A DNA stretch of 64,000 bases from Vitiosangium sp. GDMCC 1.1324 (GCF_003044305.1 NZ_PZOX01000005.1:195493-259492), one strand, 5' to 3'; shown: positions 19,407-29,657, numbered from the stretch's first letter. Program-made: numbers and translations. Notes: generated by a model from the sequence alone, not told the origin.

Positions 19407-22400
19407 ATGAGTCTCACTTCGAACAGCCGCTGGGCTGCGGGATTTCTCGCGGCCTGGTTGTTCTCTGGATGCGCCCAGGAAGAACGTACACTGCCCTCGT
19501 CCAACGAAGCCCCCGCGGGCTCCGGGCAGGTGAGCCCCCCATTCGACGTGCAGAAGATCATGGACCAGGTGCACTTCGCCTTCCGGCCCCAGGGCTCTAC
19601 CTGGGAGGGAGGGCACAGCACCTACGCTGTGCGGGTGGAGACCGACAGTTTTAGCGTCACGCCCTACCACTACCCACGGAGTCAGCCCGAGGGAACCGAG
19701 ATCTCACGGCTCTCTCAGGAGCACGGGGCGCAACGACTGGCGTCCCCCACGCAAGAGCATGTGGAAGGAGCCCCCGTGAGCTTCGGCGCCGCCCACGTGA
19801 CCCGTGGAGGCATGCTGCTGTCGAGCCACGAAGCGAAGGGCCAAGCGCAGGACTCCGATGGCCTTACCATAGTTCGTGGTTGGGTGGCCGAACACTTCCA
19901 CAACAACAAGGACGGAGTGGAACAGAGCTGGAGTTTCGAGCAGAAGCCCGGTGGAACGGGGGACATCGAGGTGCGGCTGCCGGTGAAGAGCGGACGCTTC
20001 CTCGGAGAGACGGCCAATGGGTTGCACTTCGCCACGGGGAGCGCCGGTCTGGGCGTGCGCTACGGCCATGGCACCTGGGTGGATGCGGAGGGCCAACGCA
20101 CCCCCGTGCCCTCCCGTTTCGAAGCGGACAGCATCGTATTGCGCGTACCGGCGCAGGTGGTGGATGCGTCAGCCTACCCGGCCGTGCTCGACCCCATCGT
20201 TTCGCCAGAGATTGGCATGGACGATCCAGTGAATGGTCCTGCAGACAACAGCCAATGGGACCCTGCGATAGCCCACAACGGAACGAACTTCCTGGTCGTT
20301 TGGGGTGACTACCGCAGCAACAACAGCTATGACATCTACGGTGCTCGGGTGAGCAATGCCGGCACCGTGCTCGACACCACTGGCATTCGCATCTCAAATG
20401 CAATCAATAGCCAGTACGCGCCCGCCGTGGCCCAGGACGGAACGAACTTCCTGGTCGTCTGGCAGGACAACCGCGGCAGCAGCACTGACATCTACGGTGC
20501 TCGGGTGAGCGGCACCGGCACCGTGCTCGACACCAGCGGCATCCCCATCTCCACGGCCAACAACGAACAGTACAACCCCATGGCGACCTACGACGGAACG
20601 AACTTCCTGGTCGTCTGGCAGGACTACCGCAGCGGCACGAACTATGACATCTACGGTGCTCGGGTGAGCGGCACCGGCACCGTGCTCGACGCCAGCGGCA
20701 TCCCCATCTCCACCGCCGCCAACAACCAGGTCACCCCCGCCGTGGCCAGCAACGGAACGAACTCCCTGGTCGTGTGGCAGGACACCCGCAGCGGCAGCAG
20801 CGCTGACATCTATGGCGCTCGAGTGAGCAACACTGGCACGGTACTCAACGCCAGCGGCATTCTCATTTCCAATGCTGTCAATGCGCAGGAATCCCCCGCA
20901 GTGGCCTACAATGGGGTGGACTTCATGGTCGCGTGGCAGGACTACCGCAGCGGCACGAACTATGACATCTACGGTGCTCGGGTGAGCGGTACGGGTGTGG
21001 TGCGCAACCCCAGCGGCATCCCCATCTCCACTGCCACCAACGACCAAAAATCCCCTGCACTGGCGCGAGAGGGGACGAACTGCCTGGTCGTGTGGCGGGA
21101 CTACGCCAGCTACGACATCTATGCTGCGCGGGTGAACAGCACCGGCACGGTCCTCGATACCAGTGGCATCCTCCTCTCCACCTCCGCCAGCAACACGGAT
21201 ACTCCTGCGGTAGCCCACGACGGGACGAACTTCCTGGTCGTTTGGACGGACTATAGCCGCCCCAACAGTTCAAACATCTATGGTGCGCGGGTGAGCAGCA
21301 CCGGCATGGTGCTCGATGCGAGCGACATCGCCGTCTCTAGATCCGCGAACGGCCAGTACAATCCTGCAGTGGCTCACGATGGGACGAACTTCCTGGTCGT
21401 CTGGCGGGATACCCGCAGCGGCATCTCCACGATCTATGGTGCACGGGTAGACGAAACAGGTACGGAAGTGCTCGACACCAGCGGTATCCCTATTGCTATC
21501 GGCAATAATAAGTACTCCCCCAAAGTAGTCTATGGCGGGACAGATTTCCTGGTTGTGTGGAGTGAATACCGCGGCAGCACGAGCTCTGACATCTACGGTG
21601 CGCGGGTGAGCATCGACGGCACGGTACTCGACACCAGCGGCATTCCCATCTCTACCACCACCAACGACCAGTATAACCCCGTCGCGGCCTACGACGGGAC
21701 GAACTTCCTGGTCGTTTGGACGGACTATCGCAGTGGCACGTCCACATCCTATGACATCTACGGTGCGCGGGTGAGCAGCGCTGGCACAGTACTCGACACC
21801 AGCGGCATTCCCATCTCTGCCGCCACCAACGACCAGTATTACCCCGTCGTGACCTTCAACGGGAGCTTCTTGGTTGCATGGCAAGACTACCGCAGTGGCA
21901 GCAACCCTGATATCTACGGTGCACGGGTGAGCAGCGACGGTACGGTGCTCGACACCAGTGGCATCCTCATTTCCAGCACCACCAATTACAAACAACATCC
22001 CTCGGTGACCCACAACGGGATCAACTTCCTGGTCGTGTGGAATGAATACCGCAGCAGCACGGGCTCTGACATCTACGGGGCGCGGGTGAGCGGTGACGGC
22101 ACGGTGCTCGACACCAGCGGTATTTCCATCTCTGCCGCCACCAACGACCAGTATTACCCCGTCGTGGCCTACGACGGGGCGAACTTCCTGGTCGTCTGGC
22201 AGGATACCCGCAGCGGCTCTAGTTTCTCTGACATCTACGGGGCGCGGGTCAACGAACTGGGCAAGGTGCTCGACACCAGCGGCATTTCCATCTCCACCGA
22301 GCCGGAGGCTGAAGTCGAGCCCACGGTTGTCTCTATGGGAGGAGAAAGTTCGCTCGTCGTCTATCGCCGTTCCAATCCCTCGCCGAGCACCAACAGCGAG

Positions 22401-22433
22401 CGTGTGATGGCACGACTGGTCCAGTCTCCCTAA
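19407..22433 (+). CDS. Giant secreted lipoprotein with about 20 tandem ~40-aa repeats (consensus ...TNFLVVWQDYRSG...DIYGARVS..GTVLD.SGI.IS...).
   Basis: GGAGG precedes the ATG. The signal/lipobox is MSLTSNSRWAAGFLAAWLFSGCAQEE. Highly regular repeats run from ~20270 to 22250. Opposite-strand ORFs here are shadow ORFs of the repeats. Confidence 0.65.
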   Translation: MSLTSNSRWAAGFLAAWLFSGCAQEERTLPSSNEAPAGSGQVSPPFDVQKIMDQVHFAFRPQGSTWEGGHSTYAVRVETDSFSVTPYHYPRSQPEGTEISRLSQEHGAQRLASPTQEHVEGAPVSFGAAHVTRGGMLLSSHEAKGQAQDSDGLTIVRGWVAEHFHNNKDGVEQSWSFEQKPGGTGDIEVRLPVKSGRFLGETANGLHFATGSAGLGVRYGHGTWVDAEGQRTPVPSRFEADSIVLRVPAQVVDASAYPAVLDPIVSPEIGMDDPVNGPADNSQWDPAIAHNGTNFLVVWGDYRSNNSYDIYGARVSNAGTVLDTTGIRISNAINSQYAPAVAQDGTNFLVVWQDNRGSSTDIYGARVSGTGTVLDTSGIPISTANNEQYNPMATYDGTNFLVVWQDYRSGTNYDIYGARVSGTGTVLDASGIPISTAANNQVTPAVASNGTNSLVVWQDTRSGSSADIYGARVSNTGTVLNASGILISNAVNAQESPAVAYNGVDFMVAWQDYRSGTNYDIYGARVSGTGVVRNPSGIPISTATNDQKSPALAREGTNCLVVWRDYASYDIYAARVNSTGTVLDTSGILLSTSASNTDTPAVAHDGTNFLVVWTDYSRPNSSNIYGARVSSTGMVLDASDIAVSRSANGQYNPAVAHDGTNFLVVWRDTRSGISTIYGARVDETGTEVLDTSGIPIAIGNNKYSPKVVYGGTDFLVVWSEYRGSTSSDIYGARVSIDGTVLDTSGIPISTTTNDQYNPVAAYDGTNFLVVWTDYRSGTSTSYDIYGARVSSAGTVLDTSGIPISAATNDQYYPVVTFNGSFLVAWQDYRSGSNPDIYGARVSSDGTVLDTSGILISSTTNYKQHPSVTHNGINFLVVWNEYRSSTGSDIYGARVSGDGTVLDTSGISISAATNDQYYPVVAYDGANFLVVWQDTRSGSSFSDIYGARVNELGKVLDTSGISISTEPEAEVEPTVVSMGGESSLVVYRRSNPSPSTNSERVMARLVQSP

Positions 22434-22440
22434 GAGCATG

Positions 22441-22512
22441 TTCCGGTAGAGCTGAACCCTAGCAGGCTGCTCCTCGGGCGAGGGTGCAGAGCAGCCTCCT
22501 ACCGGAACAGGT
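22441..22512 (+). terminator. Long nested inverted-repeat hairpin immediately after the lipoprotein gene stop; a putative intrinsic terminator/structured element.
   Basis: The outer stem is TGTTCCGGTAG...CTACCGGAACA. The inner stem is CAGGCTGCTC...GAGCAGCCTC. A degenerate copy lies at ~24017-24075. Confidence 0.35.
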
Positions 22513-22514
22513 TC

Positions 22515-23996
22515 TAATACTACAGCTGTAGTTCGGAAGACCTGAGCGGTGGCCTCTGTTGAACCAACAGCAGAGGTAACCGGAGGTTTCCCATGAAGGC
22601 GCAGGTCGCGACCGAGCCTGCCGAGATGGTCCTTGCACAGAGGCTGGTCGAAGAGTTCGAGCGAGTCACTGCACGGCTGGGATCGCACTTCCGCCGACGA
22701 GAGGCGCACGAGGCAGCCAGCAGCTACGTGAAGGCACTGCTATCGCGAGCAGAGAGGAAGAATGCGTGGGGCCTGGCCGAGGAGGCTGGCAAGGCCGCGC
22801 CGTATTGCTTCCAACACCTGCTGCTGCGGGCGAAGTGGGACGAGGCGGCCGTGCGAGATGGCGTGCTGGCGTACATGCGCGAGCGGCTCGGCGAGGGCGG
22901 CGTGCTCGTGGTGGACGAGACGGGATTCTTGAAGAAGGGCGACAAGTCGGCCGGCGTGGCACGCCAATACACGGGCACTGCCGGGCGGATTGAGAACTGC
23001 CAAGTGGGTGTCTTCCTCGCGTACGAAACGCCTCGAGGCCATTCGCTGGTAGACAGGGAACTGTACCTGCCGGAGGAGTGGACGCGGAACAAACCCCGGT
23101 GTCAGCAGGCCGGTGTTCCGGACGAGGCGGCATTCCGCACCAAGACCCAACTGGCTCACGCCATGTTGCTGCGAGCCTTCGAGGCGGGTTTGCGCCCCTC
23201 GTGGGTGACGGGTGACGAGGTGTATGGCCGCGACGGCGAGTTGCGCCGCTTCCTGGAGCAACGCCACCAACGGTACGTGCTCGCGGTGGCCTCCAATACC
23301 TACGTATGGCGAGGCTTCGTGCAGGTGCCGGCTGGCCGTGTGTTGTCCGAGCTGGAGCCAGAGGACTGGACGCGCCTGTCCGCGGGAGCAGGCAGCAAGG
23401 GCCCGCGCCTGTACGACTGGGCGCTCGTCCGGGTCAACTCGCATACCGGCACGCTGGCCCGGTGGCTGCTGTTCCGCAGAAGCCTCGCGGACCCTAGCAA
23501 CGTGGCGCACTACTTGGTGCACGCGCCCGCCAATACCTCGCTGGATGCCATGGTGAAGGCCGCTGGCAGTCGCTGGCCGGTAGAGGAGTGCTTCGAGTCG
23601 GGAAAGGGCGAGGTCGGGCTGGGCGACTATGAAGTGCGCAGCTACACCGGCTGGTACCGCCACATGACGTTGTGCCTGGTGGCCCATGCGTACTTGGCCG
23701 CAGCGCGCTCGCTGGCCAATACCGAGGAGCAGCTGCCTCCCCCAAAAGCTCTGGGCCTGCCGCACCGCAGAAGCCGGATGACCGCGTTTCGTCGGCGCCA
23801 GGGCCTGCTCTCCGCGTCCGCCTCTCCGTCCAGGAGATAAGACGTCTGCTGCTGGCACTCGTCTGGGCGATTCGCCCGACGGTGGACTTCGTGCTGCGGT
23901 GGAGCCGCTGAAGGCGACGACACCAAGCCATCGCCAAGCTGTGCCACTACCGCCGCAGTAATCCTCGGCTCAAAGTACAACCGTAGTACTAAGAGC
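22515..23996 (+). mobile_element. IS701-family insertion sequence (transposase CDS 22593..23840) with imperfect ~30-bp terminal inverted repeats.
   Basis: The transposase motifs VLVVDETGFLKKGDKSAGVARQYTGTAGRIENCQVGVFLAY and SWVTGDEVYG give an IS701-type DDE. The left end is GGTTCTAATACTACAGCTGTAGTTCGGAAG. The right end, as reverse complement, is GGCTCTTAGTACTACGGTTGTACTTTGAG. Confidence 0.65.
22593..23840 (+). CDS. IS701-family DDE transposase.
   Basis: See the mobile-element entry. The 415-aa ORF begins after GGAGGTTTCCC ATG. Confidence 0.7.
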   Translation: MKAQVATEPAEMVLAQRLVEEFERVTARLGSHFRRREAHEAASSYVKALLSRAERKNAWGLAEEAGKAAPYCFQHLLLRAKWDEAAVRDGVLAYMRERLGEGGVLVVDETGFLKKGDKSAGVARQYTGTAGRIENCQVGVFLAYETPRGHSLVDRELYLPEEWTRNKPRCQQAGVPDEAAFRTKTQLAHAMLLRAFEAGLRPSWVTGDEVYGRDGELRRFLEQRHQRYVLAVASNTYVWRGFVQVPAGRVLSELEPEDWTRLSAGAGSKGPRLYDWALVRVNSHTGTLARWLLFRRSLADPSNVAHYLVHAPANTSLDAMVKAAGSRWPVEECFESGKGEVGLGDYEVRSYTGWYRHMTLCLVAHAYLAAARSLANTEEQLPPPKALGLPHRRSRMTAFRRRQGLLSASASPSRR

Positions 23997-24498
23997 CAAT
24001 TTCAGCAAGCCTCACCCCTGGCCGGTTGCTCCTCGGGCAGGGAAAAGAAGAAGGAGCCTACCGAAACAGGCCTTGAGAGCACATCTCAGCAGGCTCCATT
24101 CCTGACTATTGCTCCTCAAACTTCCGGGCACCCTCATGAGCCATGCGCTGGCACATGAAGGCGCCCGGCTTCTCGTACTGCCATTTGATGCAGAGGGACT
24201 GGCGCTCTGCTGGGTTACACACCTTGCACTTGAAACAGCAGGCGCAGCCCTCGTCTCAGTACACCATACATCCGTCACCACCTCAGCCTCCTCCCCGACC
24301 AGCACAGAAGCCACGTCATCAAGGATCTCGATGACTCCCAATCTGGGGGAGAGCAGCAGGAAGAGGGTGAGCCGGAGACGTGAGCTGACGGGCGTGGATG
24401 GTTCTGTCCAATCTCCACGTCCCAGTGGCCGGTTCCGTCCAGACTCGGAAGAGGAGCCAAGGCGTTCTTCCCTCTGACGAAGCCCCGCTGCCATGCAC

Positions 24499-24514
24499 TG
24501 GCTCACTGCTTGCT
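24499..24514 (+). promoter_or_regulatory. Second copy of the candidate sigma-54 promoter.
   Basis: An identical TGGCTCACTGCTTGCT lies inside a ~190-bp block (24395-24580) that is about 85% identical to 19180-19370. It is ~350 nt upstream of the 24866 gene. Confidence 0.45.
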
Positions 24515-24865
24515 AAGCAACACCTCGACTGGAGTCACAGCCCCAGGGCAGGAGGGGAGCGTCAGGGGTATCCCCTCTTGCATTGGAGACTGCCGGAGCG
24601 TCCTCCAGGAAAGACAAGAGATGACCTTGAGGTTCAGCGCATTGTGCCGCGTCATATTGCTTGGCTTCGGCATCTCCGGGGGATTTCAGCAGAAATCCTG
24701 ACAAACTTTAGGACTCATTGGCGTTGCAAACAAAACCCTAGGACTCATTGGCGTTGCAAACAACAAATACCCTTCGCGCTCTCCCGCCCGGCATCTCCTC
24801 ACTCAAACAGCACAGAAGTATGACCACCAATCAAGTATCCTGCCCTTAAGCTAGAATCCGATAAC

Positions 24866-27800
24866 TTGTATCCTTTGGAGATATTACCTTTGCGCCACAA
24901 ACAGTTTCGGCTCGCAATCGGTGGTGTTCTCGGTTTTCTCCTGGTAGCCATCTGGGCTGGCTATTCATGGAAGACCGAGCAAGGTGTAGGTCAGAGAACG
25001 CCCACCGAGAACATGCCGGAGCCGGTGCGGGCAACTCAGCACGAGGCCCATGGCGCCACGCCCTCAGGAGAGTTGTCATCTCTGGTGGGACAGCATGAGA
25101 CATACCAGGTGCACGCAACGGGAGCCACTTTCACTGTGACCCCCATCCGTCCACGTCAGCAGTCGCTAACCACGCCAGAACTGGTAATCGAAAGAGAGGA
25201 GGGAGCGCCCGCCACTTTCGAGACGATCGCGATGGAAAGAGGGGGGAATCCACTGGCCTTGACCGCTGGGCGTGGACGCGCCACGACTGACGGGGACTGG
25301 GTCATCGAGCGGGGGAGTGTCGTCGAGCAGGTGCGCCAGATGGAGAGGGGCGTTGAGCAAAGCTGGAATTTTGATCGCAAGCCCGCTGGGCGCGGTGGGC
25401 TCGTGGTTCACATCCGAGTCACGGGGCAGAAATACACGGAGTCTTCCCGGTATGGCTTGCATTTCGCGAGCGAGGGCAAGAAGACGGGTCTGCTCTATAG
25501 CCGGGCCACATGGGTGGATGCACGGGGCCGACGAACCCCCATCATGCCACGTTATGAGGGCGGGGAGATTCGCCTCGCTATCTCGAACGAGGTGCTCGAG
25601 TCTTCAGAGTACCCCGCCGTGCTGGATCCGATCATCTCGTCCGATTTCAAGATGGAGAACTCAGTATACCCGGCCATTTCCGGCGCCCAGACCAATCCGG
25701 CCGTGGCATTTGATCATGTGAACAAACATTACCTGGTCGTTTGGACCAACCAGCGCCCCACCACCGGGGCAGACATCTACGGCGCGTTGCTCAATACCGA
25801 CGGCACCCTCTTCAAGGGCGGCGTCGTCATCTCCAGTGCGAGTGGCGATCAGAGGAACCCCTCCGTCGCGTTTGACGGCAGCAACTTTCTCGTCGTCTGG
25901 GAGGACGAACGCAACCCCGCTTCCACGGACATCTATGGCGCACGGGTGGATGGAAACGGGGCTGTTCTAGATACTTCGGGCATTGTGCTGACCAGCGCCA
26001 CCAACAACCAGACCCTACCGAAAGTTGTCTTCAGGGGCTCCGATTCCGACTATCTTGTTGTCTGGCAAGATACACGCAACGTAAATCGGGATATCTATGG
26101 CACCCGGGTGAACGTGGCGGGCAATGTGTTGGACGGGAGCGGCGTTGCGCTTATCATGCGGCCTGGAGAACAAGGCCAACCAGCAATCGCCGTAGGGGCG
26201 ACCAACTCGTTCTTGGTGTGGGAGGACGGGAGCGGTTCTGCGACTTCGCATATCTATGGCGCCCTGCTGCCCGCGGGTAGCTTGACCTCCCTCTCCGCCT
26301 TCAATATTTGCCCAGGCCCTACAGCCAGCCAGATTACTCCCAGCGTTACATTCCACGTCGCCTCTGGGAACTATTTCGTGGTCTGGAGCGATACACGCAA
26401 CACGACGACCTCCAACGACATCTACGGAACCCGAGTAAACAGTGCCGGCACGGTATTGGATGCCTCCGGCTTCGCTATCTCCAACGCGCCGCTCGAACAG
26501 TTCGCGCCATCCATTGCCACTGCTGGGGACAGCCTTGTGGCAGTGTGGCAAGACGCACGTAACTCCATCGATAACGATATCTTCGGAAACCGGTTGCTCG
26601 GATCTGGCGGCGTACTGGATGGTTCGGGTTTTTCCATCTCCAGCAGCACGGATGAGCAAACCCCCGTAGTGAGCCCTGCCGTCACGGGCCAACAACTGGT
26701 GCTCTACAGCGCGCCGGACCCAAGCCTATCGATTCCACGCATCCGCGGTAGGCTCATTAGCAGGCAACCGCTGGGGAACACATGCAGCCTGAATCAGGAT
26801 TGTGCCTCTGGCTTCTGCGTGGACGGAGTGTGTTGCAACAGCGCCTGTGGAGGGAACTCTTCCGACGACTGCTTGGCCTGCAGCACTGTTACCGGGGCAA
26901 CGGCGAATGGAACGTGCACTGCCCGCCCGAACGGCGCTGCCTGTAGCGATGGCAATGCGTGCACAACCCCGGATACCTGCCAGGCAGGTGTCTGCACCGC
27001 AGGCACTCCTGCCACCTGTCCGGCCTCCGACCAGTGCCACGATGTGGGCACCTGCAACCCTGCCACGGGCACCTGCTCCAACCCCACCAAGCCCAATGGC
27101 TCTTCCTGCAGCGACGGCAATGCCTGTACTCGCACCGACACCTGCCAGGGCGGCACCTGTACCGGAGCTGCCCCTGTCACCTGTGCGGCCTCCGACCAGT
27201 GCCACGATGTGGGCACCTGCAACCCTGCCACGGGCACCTGCTCCAACCCCGCCAAGCCCAATGGCTCTTCCTGCAGCGACGGCAATGCCTGTACTCGCAC
27301 CGACACCTGCCAGGCAGGTACCTGCACCGCAAGCAGTCCTGTCACATGTACGGCCTCCGACCAGTGCCACGATGTGGGTACCTGCAACCCTGCCACGGGC
27401 ATCTGCTCCAACCCCGCCAAGCCCAATGGCTCTTCCTGCAGCGACGGCAATGCTTGTACTCGCACCGATACCTGCCAGGCAGGTACCTGCACCGCAGGCA
27501 CTCCTGCCACCTGTACGGCCTCCGACCAGTGCCACGATGTGGGTACCTGCAACCCTGCCACGGGCACCTGCTCCAACCCCGCCAAGCCCAATGGCTCTTC
27601 CTGCAGCGACGGCAATGCCTGTACTCGCACCGATACCTGCCAGGGCGGCACCTGTACCGGAGCTGCCCCTGTCACCTGTGCGGCCTCCGACCAGTGCCAC
27701 GATGTGGGCACCTGCAACCCTGCCACGGGCACCTGCTCCAACCCCGCCAAGCCCAATGGCTCTTCCTGCGACGATGGCAATACCTGCGCTCTCGCAGACA

Positions 27801-28204
27801 GCTGCCAAGCTGGAGTCTGCGTTGCCGGTACGGTGCGCCCCCCCGAGATATGTAACCTCGTGGACGACAACTGTGACGGCGCCGTCGACAACATCCCCGC
27901 TCTCACCTGCTCAACCAGAGAGTGTCGCGTTGGTACGAAATACTGCACGGCCCGTGGTGGCACCGCGTGCTCCTATACGGCCAACTCACGCAGCGGCACC
28001 CTGTGCAGCATCGGCTCGTGTAACGGCAAGGGCTCCTGCTGTGGCACGGTCCGCACTTATGTCGCTGCACGCTATGAGTACGAGATTCTCTTCTGGTACA
28101 GGCACTGTTCGGGTTGGCTGTGGTGGAGGAAGTGTACCTGGTACCCATTCTGGGGCTGGCGTTACTACCCGGCTCATTACGTCAATAAATACAAGTGCAT
28201 TTGA
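24866..28204 (+). CDS. Giant membrane-anchored/secreted protein. The N-terminal half has the same ~40-aa repeat family as the 19407 gene. The C-terminal half has 9 tandem Cys-rich modules (Myxococcus cysteine-rich repeat type) and a Trp-rich tail.
   Basis: The N-terminal TM helix is LAIGGVLGFLLVAIWAGYSW. Repeats such as NFLVVWEDERNPASTDIYGARVDGNGAVLDTSGIVLTS recur. The C-terminal modules read PNGSSCSDGNACTRTDTCQ(A/G)GTCT...TC.ASDQCHDVGTCNPATGTCSNPAK and occur 9 times. The tail reads WYRHCSGWLWWRKCTWYPFWGWRYY. Confidence 0.6.
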   Translation: MYPLEILPLRHKQFRLAIGGVLGFLLVAIWAGYSWKTEQGVGQRTPTENMPEPVRATQHEAHGATPSGELSSLVGQHETYQVHATGATFTVTPIRPRQQSLTTPELVIEREEGAPATFETIAMERGGNPLALTAGRGRATTDGDWVIERGSVVEQVRQMERGVEQSWNFDRKPAGRGGLVVHIRVTGQKYTESSRYGLHFASEGKKTGLLYSRATWVDARGRRTPIMPRYEGGEIRLAISNEVLESSEYPAVLDPIISSDFKMENSVYPAISGAQTNPAVAFDHVNKHYLVVWTNQRPTTGADIYGALLNTDGTLFKGGVVISSASGDQRNPSVAFDGSNFLVVWEDERNPASTDIYGARVDGNGAVLDTSGIVLTSATNNQTLPKVVFRGSDSDYLVVWQDTRNVNRDIYGTRVNVAGNVLDGSGVALIMRPGEQGQPAIAVGATNSFLVWEDGSGSATSHIYGALLPAGSLTSLSAFNICPGPTASQITPSVTFHVASGNYFVVWSDTRNTTTSNDIYGTRVNSAGTVLDASGFAISNAPLEQFAPSIATAGDSLVAVWQDARNSIDNDIFGNRLLGSGGVLDGSGFSISSSTDEQTPVVSPAVTGQQLVLYSAPDPSLSIPRIRGRLISRQPLGNTCSLNQDCASGFCVDGVCCNSACGGNSSDDCLACSTVTGATANGTCTARPNGAACSDGNACTTPDTCQAGVCTAGTPATCPASDQCHDVGTCNPATGTCSNPTKPNGSSCSDGNACTRTDTCQGGTCTGAAPVTCAASDQCHDVGTCNPATGTCSNPAKPNGSSCSDGNACTRTDTCQAGTCTASSPVTCTASDQCHDVGTCNPATGICSNPAKPNGSSCSDGNACTRTDTCQAGTCTAGTPATCTASDQCHDVGTCNPATGTCSNPAKPNGSSCSDGNACTRTDTCQGGTCTGAAPVTCAASDQCHDVGTCNPATGTCSNPAKPNGSSCDDGNTCALADSCQAGVCVAGTVRPPEICNLVDDNCDGAVDNIPALTCSTRECRVGTKYCTARGGTACSYTANSRSGTLCSIGSCNGKGSCCGTVRTYVAARYEYEILFWYRHCSGWLWWRKCTWYPFWGWRYYPAHYVNKYKCI
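26930..27800 (+). repeat. Near-identical tandem DNA repeats (~120-bp unit, alternating two variants, so ~240-bp periodicity) encoding the Cys-rich modules.
   Basis: Long stretches such as CTGCCACGGGCACCTGCTCCAACCCCGCCAAGCCCAATGGCTCTTCCTGCAGCGACGGCAATGCCTGTACTCGCACCGA recur almost perfectly. Confidence 0.7.
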
Positions 28205-28219
28205 TTCAGGTGATCCACC

Positions 28220-29368
28220 ATGGGTTTTGACCCGGAGAGCCGACACGTGAGGCCTCAGCAAATCAAATTCGTCAGTACACTGCTCCTGGCAGTAGCGGTC
28301 ATCGTCGTCGGGGCGCGGTGCCAGACTTCTTCTACCCCTCCCGAAAAGCCCGCGGAGCAGGAGGATGCGGGTGTTGTGCCAACAGACGGAGGAATCGCGG
28401 AACCGGATGGTGGCGAAGGGGACGCGGGAGAGGATCCGGACATGCCGCTGTCCTGCCCGGAGGAAACAACAGCATGCAAGACATCGTGTACCAACACCTC
28501 CTTGGACACCGAGAACTGCGGCACTTGTGGCACGCGTTGTAATGAGGACCAGGAGTGTATCCAAGGACAGTGCCTGGCTATGGGCTGCGCTCCCTTTCAG
28601 CAGGCATGCGCCACAGGGTGTACGGAGGTAGCGATCGATCCGGCCAACTGCGGCCAGTGCGGCAAAGCGTGCTCGGCGGAACAGGTGTGTGTGAATGGCC
28701 AGTGTGCTGAGCCCTCCGAGTGTCCTCCGCTGAGTGTGCTGTGTGGAGGCAAGTGCACACTGTTGAGTGAGGATCCAGCCAACTGCGGCCAGTGCGGCAA
28801 GGAATGCCCAGCGGGGCAGGGTTGCAGGGAGGGCGTGTGTGGGCCCATGACGGACTGCCCCGCCCCCGGAGTGTTCTGCAATGGGGTATGTACCGTGCTC
28901 GCCAAGGATCCGAACAACTGTGGCAAGTGCGGCAATACTTGCGAGCCTGGACGGACCTGCACCAACGGCAGTTGTGAGGCTCGCTGTCAGGCACCCGCAG
29001 TCGAATGCTCGGGGATATGCACCATTCTAGATGCCGACCCAAGCCACTGTGGTGCCTGCGGTAATGCATGTGGCAAGGGAATGTCCTGCAAGGGTGGCAA
29101 GTGCGAAGCGGGTTGCGAGCAAGGATGGGTCCTCTGCAATGGGGAGTGCACCGAGCTGGCCAATGACGCGCGGAACTGCGGCGCCTGTGGCAACTCGTGC
29201 GCTGCAAACGAGCATTGCGTGCAAGGGAGTTGCAGTGCCGGCTGTGGAGACGGGGGGACACTCTGTTCGAATGGATGTACCTCGGTGGAGTATGACCCGC
29301 AGAATTGCGGCACCTGCGGCAACGTGTGTCCGAGCGGCAAGAACTGTGTCCAAGGCAGTTGCCGTTGA
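28220..29368 (+). CDS. Secreted cysteine-rich repeat protein with about 9 tandem units of C.x.C....NCG.CG..C..G..C..G.C.
   Basis: There is an N-terminal hydrophobic signal. Units such as CKTSCTNTSLDTENCGTCGTRCNEDQECIQGQC and CTEVAIDPANCGQCGKACSAEQVCVNGQC recur. The protein ends in a Cys-rich module. Confidence 0.55.
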   Translation: MGFDPESRHVRPQQIKFVSTLLLAVAVIVVGARCQTSSTPPEKPAEQEDAGVVPTDGGIAEPDGGEGDAGEDPDMPLSCPEETTACKTSCTNTSLDTENCGTCGTRCNEDQECIQGQCLAMGCAPFQQACATGCTEVAIDPANCGQCGKACSAEQVCVNGQCAEPSECPPLSVLCGGKCTLLSEDPANCGQCGKECPAGQGCREGVCGPMTDCPAPGVFCNGVCTVLAKDPNNCGKCGNTCEPGRTCTNGSCEARCQAPAVECSGICTILDADPSHCGACGNACGKGMSCKGGKCEAGCEQGWVLCNGECTELANDARNCGACGNSCAANEHCVQGSCSAGCGDGGTLCSNGCTSVEYDPQNCGTCGNVCPSGKNCVQGSCR

Positions 29369-29657
29369 GCCTGCCCGCCGCACCTTGAATAATCGTGGGC
29401 TCGCCTCCTGACCTTGCGTGAGACTTCAGCCTCACCCAAGCGCCGGTGGCGAGCCCCGAGCCCACCTCCTCCTGGTGCAGTCGCCAGTGCTTGGCAGCGA
29501 GTTCCGGTGGTCACTTCCGTCCACCAGGTGGACACATGTGTCCACCTGGCCTCAAGAATGGACGTTTTCGTCCATCCCCCGCCAGCTTGCGACACAGGCT
29601 TGGTAGCCAACGGACGACCTCCAGGTTGCGTCGCTTGATTCCCAGATTCACATCGGT

